Both the position numbers and the translations under genes were made by a program. Below are positions 29,759 through 40,016 of a stretch of DNA of 64,000 nt, in pieces. Source of the stretch: an uncultured Nitrososphaerota archaeon (GTDB taxonomy: Archaea > Thermoproteota > Nitrososphaeria > Nitrososphaerales > Nitrosopumilaceae); NCBI GenBank assembly GCA_963824385.1, contig CAWGPD010000004.1, forward strand, positions 1 to 64,000. The letters are read 5' to 3'. The notes below the pieces were generated by a model that worked only from the letters and a program-made list of their open reading frames with translations, had not been told where the DNA came from and did no database searches. Positions within the stretch are counted from its first letter, which is position 1. The number at the start of each line of letters is the position of its first letter.

Positions 29759-30805
29759 TCATTTGAGTGACTTCATGTCTATGACAAATCTGTATCGAAC
29801 ATCACTGTTTAGGATTCGTTTGTATGCCTCATCTACTTTTTGAATTGGAATTATCTCAATGTCACTTACAATGTTGTTGTCGCTGCAAAAATTGAGCATC
29901 TCCTGCGTCTCGGGAATTCCTCCAATAAGTGAGCCTGCTAGACTTCGACGAGTACTAATTAATGACACAAATCCCATCTGTATCTCTTTTTCAGGAAGAC
30001 CAACTTGCACCATTGTTCCATCAAGTGTTAATAAATTCAAAAATTTATTCAAATCAAAATCTGTTGAAACGGTACTAATTATCAAATCAAAATATCCTTG
30101 TAGTTTCTCAAAAGTTTCAGGATCTGATGTTGCATAAAATTTGTCAGCACCCATTTTTTTACCATCTTCTAGTTTTTTGAGCGAGTGACTCAGTACGGTT
30201 ACTTCTGCACCTAACGCATGTGCAATTTTCACTCCCATGTGTCCAAGACCTCCAAGACCAATGATTGCAACTTTTTTTCCCGGGCCTGCTTGCCAATGCT
30301 TGAGTGGAGAATAGAGTGTAATGCCTGCGCATAGAAGTGGAGCAGTTTTATCAAGCGGTAAATTGTCTGGGATTTTTAAAACATAATTTTCATCAACTAC
30401 AATTTTGTTGGAGTATCCTCCTTGAGTTGGCGTCTTTCCATCTCTCTCTACACCATTGTATGTAGTAGTCATTCCTTCAACACAATATTGTTCAAGCCCT
30501 TTGCTACATGGAATACATTTGCGACAGGAATCTACAAAACAACCTACCCCTACCCTGTCTCCTATTTTATAGCGAGTCACTTGTTTTCCAACTTGAGACA
30601 CAACTCCCACTATCTCATGTCCTGGAACCATTGGAAAAACAGAACCTCCCCACTCATCATTTACTTGATGTATATCAGTATGGCATATGCCGCAAAATTT
30701 AATATCTATTACTACATCGGAATCACGCGGTTCACGTCTTTGAAATGCATATGGAGTCAGTGACGCTTTGGCATGATTTACAGCATATCCTGTAACTTGA
30801 ATCAT
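29759..30805 (-). CDS. Zn-dependent NAD(P)H alcohol dehydrogenase (cinnamyl-ADH/YahK/AdhC type)
   Basis: CGICHTD, GHEIVG, C..C..C structural Zn, [26 protein letters not shown]. Confidence 0.93.
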   Translation of the reverse strand: MIQVTGYAVNHAKASLTPYAFQRREPRDSDVVIDIKFCGICHTDIHQVNDEWGGSVFPMVPGHEIVGVVSQVGKQVTRYKIGDRVGVGCFVDSCRKCIPCSKGLEQYCVEGMTTTYNGVERDGKTPTQGGYSNKIVVDENYVLKIPDNLPLDKTAPLLCAGITLYSPLKHWQAGPGKKVAIIGLGGLGHMGVKIAHALGAEVTVLSHSLKKLEDGKKMGADKFYATSDPETFEKLQGYFDLIISTVSTDFDLNKFLNLLTLDGTMVQVGLPEKEIQMGFVSLISTRRSLAGSLIGGIPETQEMLNFCSDNNIVSDIEIIPIQKVDEAYKRILNSDVRYRFVIDMKSLK

Positions 30806-30948
30806 AATTTTCTCTTACCTGGCTATTTCATACTATTTGATGTTATTTCTAATTATTGGTGCCAGAGTAATATGACGTTTTGACAATTTTTCTGAGAAAT
30901 TATATTTTTTAAAAAGATTTTTTATCAAGATACCGGGAACTAATGTGA

Positions 30949-31203
30949 ATGATTGATTTATCAAACGAGGACAAACTGATACTTTTGCAGCATGCTATTG
31001 GCAAGTATGAAGATGAGAATACCTTGCTTGAAAAACTAAAAGCAGTCTTGCCTCAAAAGGACATAGATCGTGGCATTGCCACACTAATTGGGACCCAAAG
31101 AGTGAGAAGAATAGGGCCAGATGTATTACAAAATAATGTCAGCCATATTGGGGAATTACCAGAGATTCCGCCTCATATCAAAGAGATCATAGATTCCCTC
31201 TAG
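30949..31203 (+). CDS. Small hypothetical protein
   Basis: 84-aa ORF preceded by a TATA-like element. Confidence 0.65.
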   Translation: MIDLSNEDKLILLQHAIGKYEDENTLLEKLKAVLPQKDIDRGIATLIGTQRVRRIGPDVLQNNVSHIGELPEIPPHIKEIIDSL

Positions 31204-31334
31204 AATGAAACCAAGTAATGCCTGAGATAATTCATGTACAACTGGTGTTCTAAAGCGCATATTTGAAAAAAGTGGTTCTCTTAGGCTAGGTTTATTGAAA
31301 AGTTAATTTTCTACCCCTAACGTGTTATATGTAA

Positions 31335-31946
31335 TTGAAGAAATCATTGCTTTTTTCAGCATTACTTGTTTGTGTAGTGTTGCTATTTTTTGTTAAAGAT
31401 GTCAAAGCTGATGTTGGTGATTCAACAGTATTTGTGACGTCATCCAACCAAAGTACTTTTTCTAGTCAGGAAATAAAATTAGATAATGTAACGCTCAATG
31501 TGAAAATAGCTGATACTCCAGATAAGATGGAACAAGGGTTACAAAATAGTGACCCACTTCCATATGATGAGGGTATGCTTTTCATACCTCCAAGCCCAGA
31601 AGTTCTTGCCATGTGGATGCCAAACATGAAGTTTTCACTGGACATGATTTGGTTTGACAATAACGGAAATGTATTACATATTGAAAAGAATGTTCCACCT
31701 TGTACTTTTACAGATCTGTCAACATGCCCAATCTATAACCGAACCGGACAACCTTCCCAATATGCACTGGAAGTCACTGCAGGCTTTGTGGATAAATACA
31801 ATATTACAACGAATTCAAAACTTGCTATCCCCATACCTGAATTTGGTTCTCTTGCAGGCGTGATCATATCGATATCTATCGTTGGCGTCATAATGATATC
31901 CAGTAAATTCAGATTACCTTTTCCAAAAAATAACCCGTGGAATTAA
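31335..31946 (+). CDS. DUF192 domain protein with PEFG-CTERM anchor
   Basis: IADTP...GL, GMLF, WM.NM.F.LD.IW, ALEV.AG (DUF192); IPEFG plus TM. Confidence 0.88.
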   Translation: MKKSLLFSALLVCVVLLFFVKDVKADVGDSTVFVTSSNQSTFSSQEIKLDNVTLNVKIADTPDKMEQGLQNSDPLPYDEGMLFIPPSPEVLAMWMPNMKFSLDMIWFDNNGNVLHIEKNVPPCTFTDLSTCPIYNRTGQPSQYALEVTAGFVDKYNITTNSKLAIPIPEFGSLAGVIISISIVGVIMISSKFRLPFPKNNPWN

Positions 31947-32048
31947 TTCTTGAATTAGATCATGACACATTGTTACATTTTTATCAGCAACCACATTACC
32001 AAACAATACGCGGTGATTCTATTTGTTGAATTATCCACATAATACAAA

Positions 32049-35000
32049 ATGAAACTTACACTACTAATTTTTATTTTCTTTACGATACTGTTAGTTTTTC
32101 CACAGTATGCTTTTTCAATAGAGTCGCTGAATAATTCCAATAACACCATATCTAGCACCGCAAACCAGAGTACACTGTCCATGCCATCCCAGATAACTAG
32201 CAATGTTACATCTACTATCTCCAGTACTACAAATCCTCAAAATAACACTAGTCAATCATCTACTATCTCCAGTACTACAAATCCTCAAAATAACACTAGT
32301 CACTCATCTACTATCGCCAGTACTACAAATCCTCAAAATAACACTAGTCAATCATCTACACCACCCACTCAAGGATACAACACGACATCATCTTATCATG
32401 GCGTACAGCAAAGACCATTTTCAAATAATATGACTGCATACAACATGACATCATCTTATCATGGTGTACAGCAAAGACCATTTTCAAATAATATGACTGC
32501 ATACAACATGACATCATTTTATCACGAGGTGCAACAAAGACCTACTCTACCAGTAAATTCTATGCATTCTACATCCGTTATCTTAATTCCAAATCTTGCT
32601 ATGATGAATCAAGGATCTCCCATAACATTCACTGTTCAAGTCACTGACACATCAAACTCGCCAACTATTCCAACAGGTATAGTATTTTGGAGTGACGGAA
32701 ATATTGGAGGTTTCTTTAATTCTGCCACATGTGGAATTTCATCTGGCGTCTGTATTGTATCATATATGCCACCGCAAAATTATGTTGGTACAATAACAAT
32801 AACTGCAAGCTATGCTGGAGATAGTATGCACTCTAGCAGCTCTAACACGTCCACTTTGACATCAAGCATGCTTCATGTAGTTATCACAACTATCGTACCA
32901 AACATTATTCCAATAACTCCTGGTTCAGAGGTACGGTTTACTGCAACACTTACCGATACATCGAATCTACCAATCACTCCCACTGGAACTATATCGTGGA
33001 GTGACGGAAATGTAGGAGGCGTATTTAGTACTTCTTACTGTATTTTGTCGTCTGGAATCTGTACTGTATCATATACCCCGCCGCAAAATTATGCAAGTGA
33101 GATAATAATAACTGCAAGCTACGGCGGAGATGTTTCCCATTCTCCAAGTGTGGGAACATTTATCGTTCCACCCAATCTACTTGATAACACTACAACAACT
33201 ATTGTACCCAATATTGTTACAGTTAATCCAGGATCTCAAGTGCAACTGGGGGTATCAGTATATGATGCATACCACTCACAATCCATTCCAACTGGTACTG
33301 TATTTTGGAGCGATGGTAATTCAGGTGGCACATTTAATCCAATTTCATGCATGCTTTCATCGGGGAATTGTACTGTATCATATACCGCTTCTAGCACCCC
33401 CCCAAATTCAATAATAATGACTGCTGAATATCAGGGGGACAACATACACTCTAGTAGTGCAGGCACTTCATCTATAATTACATCTTCTCGTTCTAATACT
33501 ATCACAACTGTCACACCAAACCCAGTGACAATACCTAGAGGTTCTTATGAATTGTTTACTGCAACACTTGCTGATACGTCCAGCTCACCAGAACCCGTCA
33601 CTGGTACTGTATCATGGAGTGACGATAATTCAGGTGGCACATTTAATCCAGTCTCCTGTATCATTTTGTCCAACACCTGTACTGTTTCATATACTCCTTT
33701 GGCATCATCTGCAAATCAAATAACAGTTAATGCCACATATGGCGGAGACAACACACATTCTAGTAGCTTTGGCACATCGCAATCGTCCATAATTGTACTT
33801 CCACCTTCACTCTCGTTGAATACTGATCAATTGTATTATGCGTATGGAGATGCAGTTACTTTATCGGTTAAACTTCCAGGCCAAAGTCTCCAAAGCATTG
33901 CTGTTGGAGTTTCAAATCCAAAAGGTGACAATATCATATCAAGAACAATAACGACAGATGAGAATGGAACAGGATCCATGCAATTCAAAATTCCGGATAG
34001 TTATCAGACTGGAGTCTACCAAGATGTTGTCAATGCGCTTGTTGATGGAAGAAATTATACAAACTCCACCCAGTTTACGGTACTCAAATCTCATGGTGTA
34101 GCAATTGACTCGGTACAAATCACAAATCAGCAAGGAAGTCCTGTTTCAATGCTAGCAAAGGGTCAGAACGGATTTATCAAGGTCTCACTTTCATCAGATG
34201 AAAAAATGCCTGCACTCTTGACACTCAATCTCTTTGATGCCAACCAGAGTAGTCTTGGAACCACATCTATCCAATCAATTGTAAATCCTGGGACTTCGCA
34301 ACTAATCCTGTCATTTTTCATCCCATCTAATGTCCAAGCTGGATTGGCAAATGTTTTCACTGATGTATATTCTGATTGGCCAACCAATGGAGGAACGCCG
34401 CTGACTCCAGAGTCTTGTCTTGCAGCGGATCTCCAGAATCCCTCTACACTTCCAATATCATATGTACCAGTCCCTTCACACAGCTGCGCAAGTTCATCTA
34501 ATGGCCCATCTCCCGGAATTGGAAATACGCTATCTACCGCAATGACAAGTAACCAAGATTATGCAACACTTGGAGTTGTAATCCAAAATGATACCATGAC
34601 ATTTATGAGTCCTAGTGAGGCGCATCTTCTCGCACTTGCATATGAGAACGGCACGGCAAAAAATAATTCAATCAGTTCAGTAGGAACAGTACATGTTAAT
34701 CTGAGTAGTATGAGTTCAAATGGTACAAGTATCACAGTTTCTGGAAGTCCATCCAATTCAACTTCAATTCAATTTACAACACTGGTAGGCTCAAGTCTTC
34801 AAAACAATCCCATGGCAACAAAAATTTTGCAAGAGATTACTGCATCCAAGCAACAGGTAGCAAACATTTTAGGAAATGAGACTGCCAATACACTAAATCA
34901 ACAATTGGTTTTACAGCAAAGACAGGCAGCATCTAGTCAACTCAAACAAGACCTTACCACACTTGAACAGGCAAGTGCGTCCACTACACCGGATGTAGCA

Positions 35001-35681
35001 TATTCAAACTTTCTTACAACAGTGAGTGACAATAAAACTATACCTGTATTCCAAGATGAATTTAATTTCATGAAACAGAGAATATCTGTAGCAAATACTG
35101 CAATGCAGAATACACTTAACACTGGAGGAAGTTTAGAACAAGCACTTGCAGTCTTTGACCAATATGCTACCATAAACTATGTCCAAATGGTCAGCATTAA
35201 CAACGAATTGGAGGTTGAAAATGGCCTTGCAGATAATAAAATCCAATCATGCTTTAATGATATGGGGCAGCTAACTGTCATAAATGGAATAAATCCATGT
35301 GTTGCAAATGTAGAAAATAATTCTACGGAACCAAGCGGAATCACAATTGTATCAGTACAACCTACTGACCAGCAAGGTAATCCTGTATCCTTGATACAAA
35401 GAGGACAGACTGGATATGTCAAGGTAGTAATTGACTCTGCGGTAACTGGGCAATCTCTTATAACTGTAAATATCTTTGACTCTAACGTAAGTAGTCTTGG
35501 CACTGCATCTGCACAGTACGCATTAAGCCCAGGACAATCACAAGTAATTCTTCCATATTATGTCCCGTCAGATTCTGCGGCAGGATTATCTAGTGTCTAT
35601 GCCAATGTATTTACAGACTGGCCAAATAAGGGAGGGGTACCACAATCCAATGAACTATCATACTTTGTCGGAATTTCATAG
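32049..35681 (+). CDS. Large secreted Ser/Thr-rich protein with four Ig-like repeats
   Basis: Signal peptide; 4x PTG.V.WSD...GG.F...C.....C.VSY...Y.GD..H repeats; duplicated DWP..GG.P domain. Confidence 0.85.
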   Translation: MKLTLLIFIFFTILLVFPQYAFSIESLNNSNNTISSTANQSTLSMPSQITSNVTSTISSTTNPQNNTSQSSTISSTTNPQNNTSHSSTIASTTNPQNNTSQSSTPPTQGYNTTSSYHGVQQRPFSNNMTAYNMTSSYHGVQQRPFSNNMTAYNMTSFYHEVQQRPTLPVNSMHSTSVILIPNLAMMNQGSPITFTVQVTDTSNSPTIPTGIVFWSDGNIGGFFNSATCGISSGVCIVSYMPPQNYVGTITITASYAGDSMHSSSSNTSTLTSSMLHVVITTIVPNIIPITPGSEVRFTATLTDTSNLPITPTGTISWSDGNVGGVFSTSYCILSSGICTVSYTPPQNYASEIIITASYGGDVSHSPSVGTFIVPPNLLDNTTTTIVPNIVTVNPGSQVQLGVSVYDAYHSQSIPTGTVFWSDGNSGGTFNPISCMLSSGNCTVSYTASSTPPNSIIMTAEYQGDNIHSSSAGTSSIITSSRSNTITTVTPNPVTIPRGSYELFTATLADTSSSPEPVTGTVSWSDDNSGGTFNPVSCIILSNTCTVSYTPLASSANQITVNATYGGDNTHSSSFGTSQSSIIVLPPSLSLNTDQLYYAYGDAVTLSVKLPGQSLQSIAVGVSNPKGDNIISRTITTDENGTGSMQFKIPDSYQTGVYQDVVNALVDGRNYTNSTQFTVLKSHGVAIDSVQITNQQGSPVSMLAKGQNGFIKVSLSSDEKMPALLTLNLFDANQSSLGTTSIQSIVNPGTSQLILSFFIPSNVQAGLANVFTDVYSDWPTNGGTPLTPESCLAADLQNPSTLPISYVPVPSHSCASSSNGPSPGIGNTLSTAMTSNQDYATLGVVIQNDTMTFMSPSEAHLLALAYENGTAKNNSISSVGTVHVNLSSMSSNGTSITVSGSPSNSTSIQFTTLVGSSLQNNPMATKILQEITASKQQVANILGNETANTLNQQLVLQQRQAASSQLKQDLTTLEQASASTTPDVAYSNFLTTVSDNKTIPVFQDEFNFMKQRISVANTAMQNTLNTGGSLEQALAVFDQYATINYVQMVSINNELEVENGLADNKIQSCFNDMGQLTVINGINPCVANVENNSTEPSGITIVSVQPTDQQGNPVSLIQRGQTGYVKVVIDSAVTGQSLITVNIFDSNVSSLGTASAQYALSPGQSQVILPYYVPSDSAAGLSSVYANVFTDWPNKGGVPQSNELSYFVGIS
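32209..32541 (+). repeat. In-frame tandem repeats: 48 bp x about 3, then 63 bp x about 2.5
   Basis: Encode STISSTTNPQNNTSQS and YNMTSSYHGVQQRPFSNNMTA units. Confidence 0.85.
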
Positions 35682-35712
35682 ACAAAACCTGAATAGGTTC
35701 CTATTCATATTT

Positions 35713-36153
35713 ATGGCGGCATTACTTGCATTTTCAGGAATATCCGATTCTTTTGCACAGATAGAACAATCCATAACTCTTGTTACAAACAAGGACGCTT
35801 ATCTTCCAGGGGACACCGTTCAACTAAGCGGTGTAGTGACAGGACAGTCAAACGTATTAGTTGCATTGCAAATCAAAGATTCTTCTGGAAATCTAATACT
35901 CATTAGAACTGTTCAATCGGATCAAAATGGAAACTTTGCACTACAGTTTAAGATTCCGCCTACTGCAACATCTGGCAATTTCAACATAGCAGCCAGCGCA
36001 AAGATCAATGGTTTCATTGTAACACAAACCAAGACAATGGCTGCAACGGTTCCAGAGTTTGGCAATCTATCAATGTCTATGTTTGTGATTTCATTCATTT
36101 TAATTATTACAGTATTTACTTTTTCAAGCAAATTCAAAATGTATCAGAGATAA
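35713..36153 (+). CDS. PEFG-CTERM surface protein (single MG2-like domain)
   Basis: TNKDAYLPGDTV, VPEFG plus TM; the frame opens at 35560 but the likely start is near the hydrophobic signal. Confidence 0.82.
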   Translation: MAALLAFSGISDSFAQIEQSITLVTNKDAYLPGDTVQLSGVVTGQSNVLVALQIKDSSGNLILIRTVQSDQNGNFALQFKIPPTATSGNFNIAASAKINGFIVTQTKTMAATVPEFGNLSMSMFVISFILIITVFTFSSKFKMYQR

Positions 36154-36196
36154 GCATCTAAAAACTTACAAATAGATGTAAATCCAACTAGTAAAT

Positions 36197-37333
36197 ATGA
36201 CAATAAAAAATATCACAGTTTTGGGGTCTGGGATAATGGGACATGGTATTGCTCAAGTGTCTGCAATGGCAGGATACAGTGTAATTTTACGCGATATAGA
36301 ACAACAATTTCTTGACAAGGCCATGGAAAAAATCAAGTGGTCATTAGACAAGCTAGTATCAAAACAAAAAATAACAGAACAGCAAGGAAAAGAAATATTT
36401 TCAAGGATTACACCGATTGTAGATTTGGCCCAATCTCTCAAAGATTGTGATTTGATGATCGAAGTAGTACCCGAAATAATGGAATTAAAGAAAAAAGTAT
36501 ATGTCGAAGTAGACAAAGTTGCTCAACAAAAGACAGTCTTTGCATCTAACACAAGCACTTTACCTATTACAGAAATTGCAAATACTACATCAAGACCAGA
36601 GAGATTTATCGGAATCCACTTTTTCAATCCGCCACAATTGATGAAGCTGGTTGAAGTAATTCCAGGACAGAAAACATCAAAGGAATTGTTAGATGCAACA
36701 ATTAACTTTGTAAAATCAGTCTCAAAAGAACCAGTTGTATGTAAAAAAGACGTACCTGGATTTATTGTAAATAGACTATTCATTCCGCTAATACATGAGG
36801 CTGCATACGCAATGGATCGCACAGGTGCAACAAAAGAAGAGATTGATTCTGCAGTAAAATTCACATTACATTTTCCGATGGGCATATTTGAATTGGCAGA
36901 CTTTACAGGAATGGATGTAATTCACAAAGCTACAACAGAGATGCATTCTAGAGACAAAAAGGTCATCAACCCCCATCCGTTAATTGAAAAACTATACAAT
37001 GAAAAGAAACTAGGACAAAAAACTGGAGAAGGATTCTACAAGTATTCTGGAGAGCAATATGAGAGAATCAATCTAACTGAAGATCTTGCAAAGAAATTCA
37101 ATCCAATACAACTGCTAGGAAATATACTGAATAATGCTGCGTGGCTTGTAACAAATCAGGCAAGTGATGTTCCGGAGATTGAAAAGGCGTTGTTACTTGG
37201 AATGGGCCTCAAAAAGCCATTATTTGATACAGCAAAAGAATTTGGAATACAAAAAATCGTAGAGGAATTACAAAAACTATCTAAAGAGAATCAGTTCTAT
37301 GAACCAGACCCGTATTTAAAATCTATAAGGTAG
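36197..37333 (+). CDS. 3-hydroxyacyl-CoA (3-hydroxybutyryl-CoA) dehydrogenase
   Basis: GSGIMGHGIA, SNTSTL, HFFNPP, PGFIVNR, PMGIFEL.D motifs. Confidence 0.92.
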   Translation: MTIKNITVLGSGIMGHGIAQVSAMAGYSVILRDIEQQFLDKAMEKIKWSLDKLVSKQKITEQQGKEIFSRITPIVDLAQSLKDCDLMIEVVPEIMELKKKVYVEVDKVAQQKTVFASNTSTLPITEIANTTSRPERFIGIHFFNPPQLMKLVEVIPGQKTSKELLDATINFVKSVSKEPVVCKKDVPGFIVNRLFIPLIHEAAYAMDRTGATKEEIDSAVKFTLHFPMGIFELADFTGMDVIHKATTEMHSRDKKVINPHPLIEKLYNEKKLGQKTGEGFYKYSGEQYERINLTEDLAKKFNPIQLLGNILNNAAWLVTNQASDVPEIEKALLLGMGLKKPLFDTAKEFGIQKIVEELQKLSKENQFYEPDPYLKSIR

Positions 37334-37838
37334 AATTAATTTTTGCCAGAATTACTGTAACAGCTTCTTTTGGTGTATCTACTCCAATTATCATGACATT
37401 TTTCCTATGATCTAGATATTGGTCTGCATATTTTTCTGCAACCCCTCCACTTGTTTTGATTGCAACAATTGGTTTTTTGTGCATGTATGCAGCACAAGTT
37501 TCAGATAATGTTCCAGACCCTCCACCAATAATTATAACCCCATCCCCTGATAACGCAGTAACAAAATCTCTTGCAAGACCAATGCCTGTTGGAATTACAA
37601 TGTCACAATACTCATTTGCAAATGACGCGTCATTTTGAGGTATTATTCCAACAACTAAACCTCCACCATCTTTTGCACCATGGCTTGCAGCCTTCATCAC
37701 ACCGTCTAATCCTCCTGTGATTAAAACAGCTCCTGACTTGGCAATCTCAATTCCTGTGTCATATGCAATTTTAACAAGTTCTGGAGTGGTTCCGTTTTCA
37801 TTATTTCCTATAATCGTAATCTGTATCTTTCTTGGCAA
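37323..37838 (-). CDS. LOG/TIGR00725-like Rossmann-fold protein
   Basis: TGGL.GVM.A, GIIP, GGGSGTLSE motifs. Confidence 0.85.
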   Translation of the reverse strand: MPRKIQITIIGNNENGTTPELVKIAYDTGIEIAKSGAVLITGGLDGVMKAASHGAKDGGGLVVGIIPQNDASFANEYCDIVIPTGIGLARDFVTALSGDGVIIIGGGSGTLSETCAAYMHKKPIVAIKTSGGVAEKYADQYLDHRKNVMIIGVDTPKEAVTVILAKINSTL

Positions 37839-37898
37839 ACAAATATGATCTAAAATGCGATAATAAAAATGGTATTTAGAAAATGAAAGAGAAAATAC

Positions 37899-39872
37899 CT
37901 AAGATGAGGTGTTTGTCTCATTCTTTGGAGTCTCTGTTGTAGAAACTGTACCTTCAGGTTTAGTTGCGGCGGTTTCTGTTTTCTTCTTTCTTGGAGCACG
38001 TGGTTTCTTCACTTTGACTTCAGTACTGGTTTTAACACTTTTTGATTTTTCAGTTGTAATAGTTTGTAGTTTTGGTTGTGGGGATGTTTGTGATGGTTGT
38101 GGTCTTTGTCCCTGTTGTGGTCTGTTACCTTGTTGTGGTTTCTGACCTGGTTGTTGTGGTCTTTGTCCCTGTTGTGGTCTGTTACCTTGTTGTGGTTTCT
38201 GACCTGGTTGTTGTGGTCTTTGTCCCTGTTGTGGTCTGTTACCTTGTTGTGGTTTCTGACCTGGTTGTTGTGGTCTTTGTCCCTGTTGTGGTCTGTTACC
38301 TTGTTGTGGTTTCTGACCTGGTTGTTGTGGTCTTTGTCCCTGTTGTGGTCTGTTACCTTGTTGTGGTTTCTGACCTGGTTGTTGTGGTCTTTGTCCCTGT
38401 TGTGGTCTGTTACCTTGTTGTGGTTTCTGACCTGGTTGTTGTGGTCTTTGTCCCTGTTGTGGTCTGTTACCTTGTTGTGGTTTCTGACCTGGTTGTTGTG
38501 GTCTTTGTCCCTGTTGTGGTCTGTTACCTTGTTGTGGTTTCTGACCTGGTTGTTGTGGTCTTTGTCCCTGTTGTGGTCTGTTACCTTGTTGTGGTTTCTG
38601 ACCTGGTTGTTGTGGTCTTTGTCCCTGTTGTGGTCTGTTACCTTGTTGTGGTTTCTGACCTGGTTGTTGTGGTCTTTGTCCCTGTTGTGGTCTGTTACCT
38701 TGTTGTGGTTTCTGACCTGGTTTATTATTTTGATTTGGTTTTTGTCCTGGTTTTACATTTGGATGTGAACCTGGAATCGGTCTCATCTTACTCCATAGTA
38801 CACTCATTCTTGCCTTGTATCCTACACCATATTCTAGCTCATCTGGAACAAGTGTTGCAGGATGGACAAATCCTTGACTTCTAATTGCAATTGCTCTTTT
38901 CATTGCAATGTTTCTAACATAATCCCAGTCTGCAGTTGCAAACCCATCAATTGGACCTGTTAGTACACCATTGTGCATTGAAAAAACAAGTGCGGATACT
39001 ATTGGAATTGCATAATTAATGCTTGCAGGAGAATTTATTTTCACTGGCATTAATGGCATGTGATGACTACCTCTTGTGTTTCCTGCCACAAGATGTGGAT
39101 TGTTAAATGCAGCACCTGCTTCTTCTGTTGCTGGAAAGTCTTTCTGTGTTCGTATTATACAGATTGGATCATCTTTCCCAACATATGTTCCTGCTATGTT
39201 GTGTAGTCTGTCAGTTGATGCAGATAAAATTGGTTGATTGTCCTTGGTATCTACTGTGGATATGACATATCTTCCAGGATACATTAGTGCAGCTTCAAGT
39301 GTTGGCTTGTCTTCCCACATACTTAATGTGGCTATTTTTCCTTTCTCTACATCCATTACTGATATCTTGACACCTTTTGCCAAGTTCTGATTTACAATTA
39401 ATCCAGTGTTTGATAATGCATCAACAAACATTCTGTAAAACGGATAGTTGAATGCACCGGGTTCTGTCTTGTCTGCTGCATAAATTGTAAATGCTTCATT
39501 AGGTCTCTCTTCAAATGTCAATTCTGCGACTCCTGGTCCCATGCCTTTTACATTTCCAGAGAATGAATCTTTTAGCAGATCTTGACCTGCGCCATACAAT
39601 CCTTCACTTTTTGCAACTCTAGTTGCAGCTTCAAATGCACGCCATGCAAGTCCATGAACTTGAGAATTGTTAACACCCTTTGTATGAGTCATAACGATGT
39701 GGATATCATCTCCGCAATATCCAATATAGGAATCAATGAGTAGTCCTTTACCATCTTTTCTTACTTGTGGCTTTACAAGATTTCTTACGGCGGTAAGTAG
39801 GCCATCACTGGGTCTTGTATGTCCTCCGATTCCGCCAACATCAGCTTTGATTACTGTTACTGTAATTTTCAT
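37899..39872 (-). CDS. fbp: Bifunctional fructose-1,6-bisphosphate aldolase/phosphatase (class V) with long repetitive C-terminal extension
   Basis: IKADVGG, GDD, LYGAGQDLL.D.FSGNVKGMGPG, DKTEPGAFN, YVGKDDP motifs. Confidence 0.95.
   Translation of the reverse strand: MKITVTVIKADVGGIGGHTRPSDGLLTAVRNLVKPQVRKDGKGLLIDSYIGYCGDDIHIVMTHTKGVNNSQVHGLAWRAFEAATRVAKSEGLYGAGQDLLKDSFSGNVKGMGPGVAELTFEERPNEAFTIYAADKTEPGAFNYPFYRMFVDALSNTGLIVNQNLAKGVKISVMDVEKGKIATLSMWEDKPTLEAALMYPGRYVISTVDTKDNQPILSASTDRLHNIAGTYVGKDDPICIIRTQKDFPATEEAGAAFNNPHLVAGNTRGSHHMPLMPVKINSPASINYAIPIVSALVFSMHNGVLTGPIDGFATADWDYVRNIAMKRAIAIRSQGFVHPATLVPDELEYGVGYKARMSVLWSKMRPIPGSHPNVKPGQKPNQNNKPGQKPQQGNRPQQGQRPQQPGQKPQQGNRPQQGQRPQQPGQKPQQGNRPQQGQRPQQPGQKPQQGNRPQQGQRPQQPGQKPQQGNRPQQGQRPQQPGQKPQQGNRPQQGQRPQQPGQKPQQGNRPQQGQRPQQPGQKPQQGNRPQQGQRPQQPGQKPQQGNRPQQGQRPQQPGQKPQQGNRPQQGQRPQQPGQKPQQGNRPQQGQRPQPSQTSPQPKLQTITTEKSKSVKTSTEVKVKKPRAPRKKKTETAATKPEGTVSTTETPKNETNTSS
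38096..38722 (-). repeat. 11 identical 57-bp tandem repeats encoding PGQKPQQGNRPQQGQRPQQ
   Basis: CTGACCTGG recurs every 57 nt from 38142 to 38712. Confidence 0.97.
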
Positions 39873-40016
39873 TATTGATGATGATAAAATAGTTCGATTT
39901 ATACCATGTGAAAAAAGTTGATCTCAATGATCGAGTCAGAAAATAATTCAATTTTTGATACAAAAAAAATTAAAAAATGAAAATGCTAATAAAGCCCTTC
40001 TCAAGTAACATCCTTC

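Noticed and set aside
38096..38722. CRISPR array
   Set aside because: The units are contiguous identical 57-mers with no unique spacers, in frame inside fbp, and no cas genes are present.
38072..38884. Long Val-rich and Trp/Leu-rich plus-strand ORFs (38072-38884, 38097-38768)
   Set aside because: Antisense shadows of the stop-free tandem repeat in fbp.
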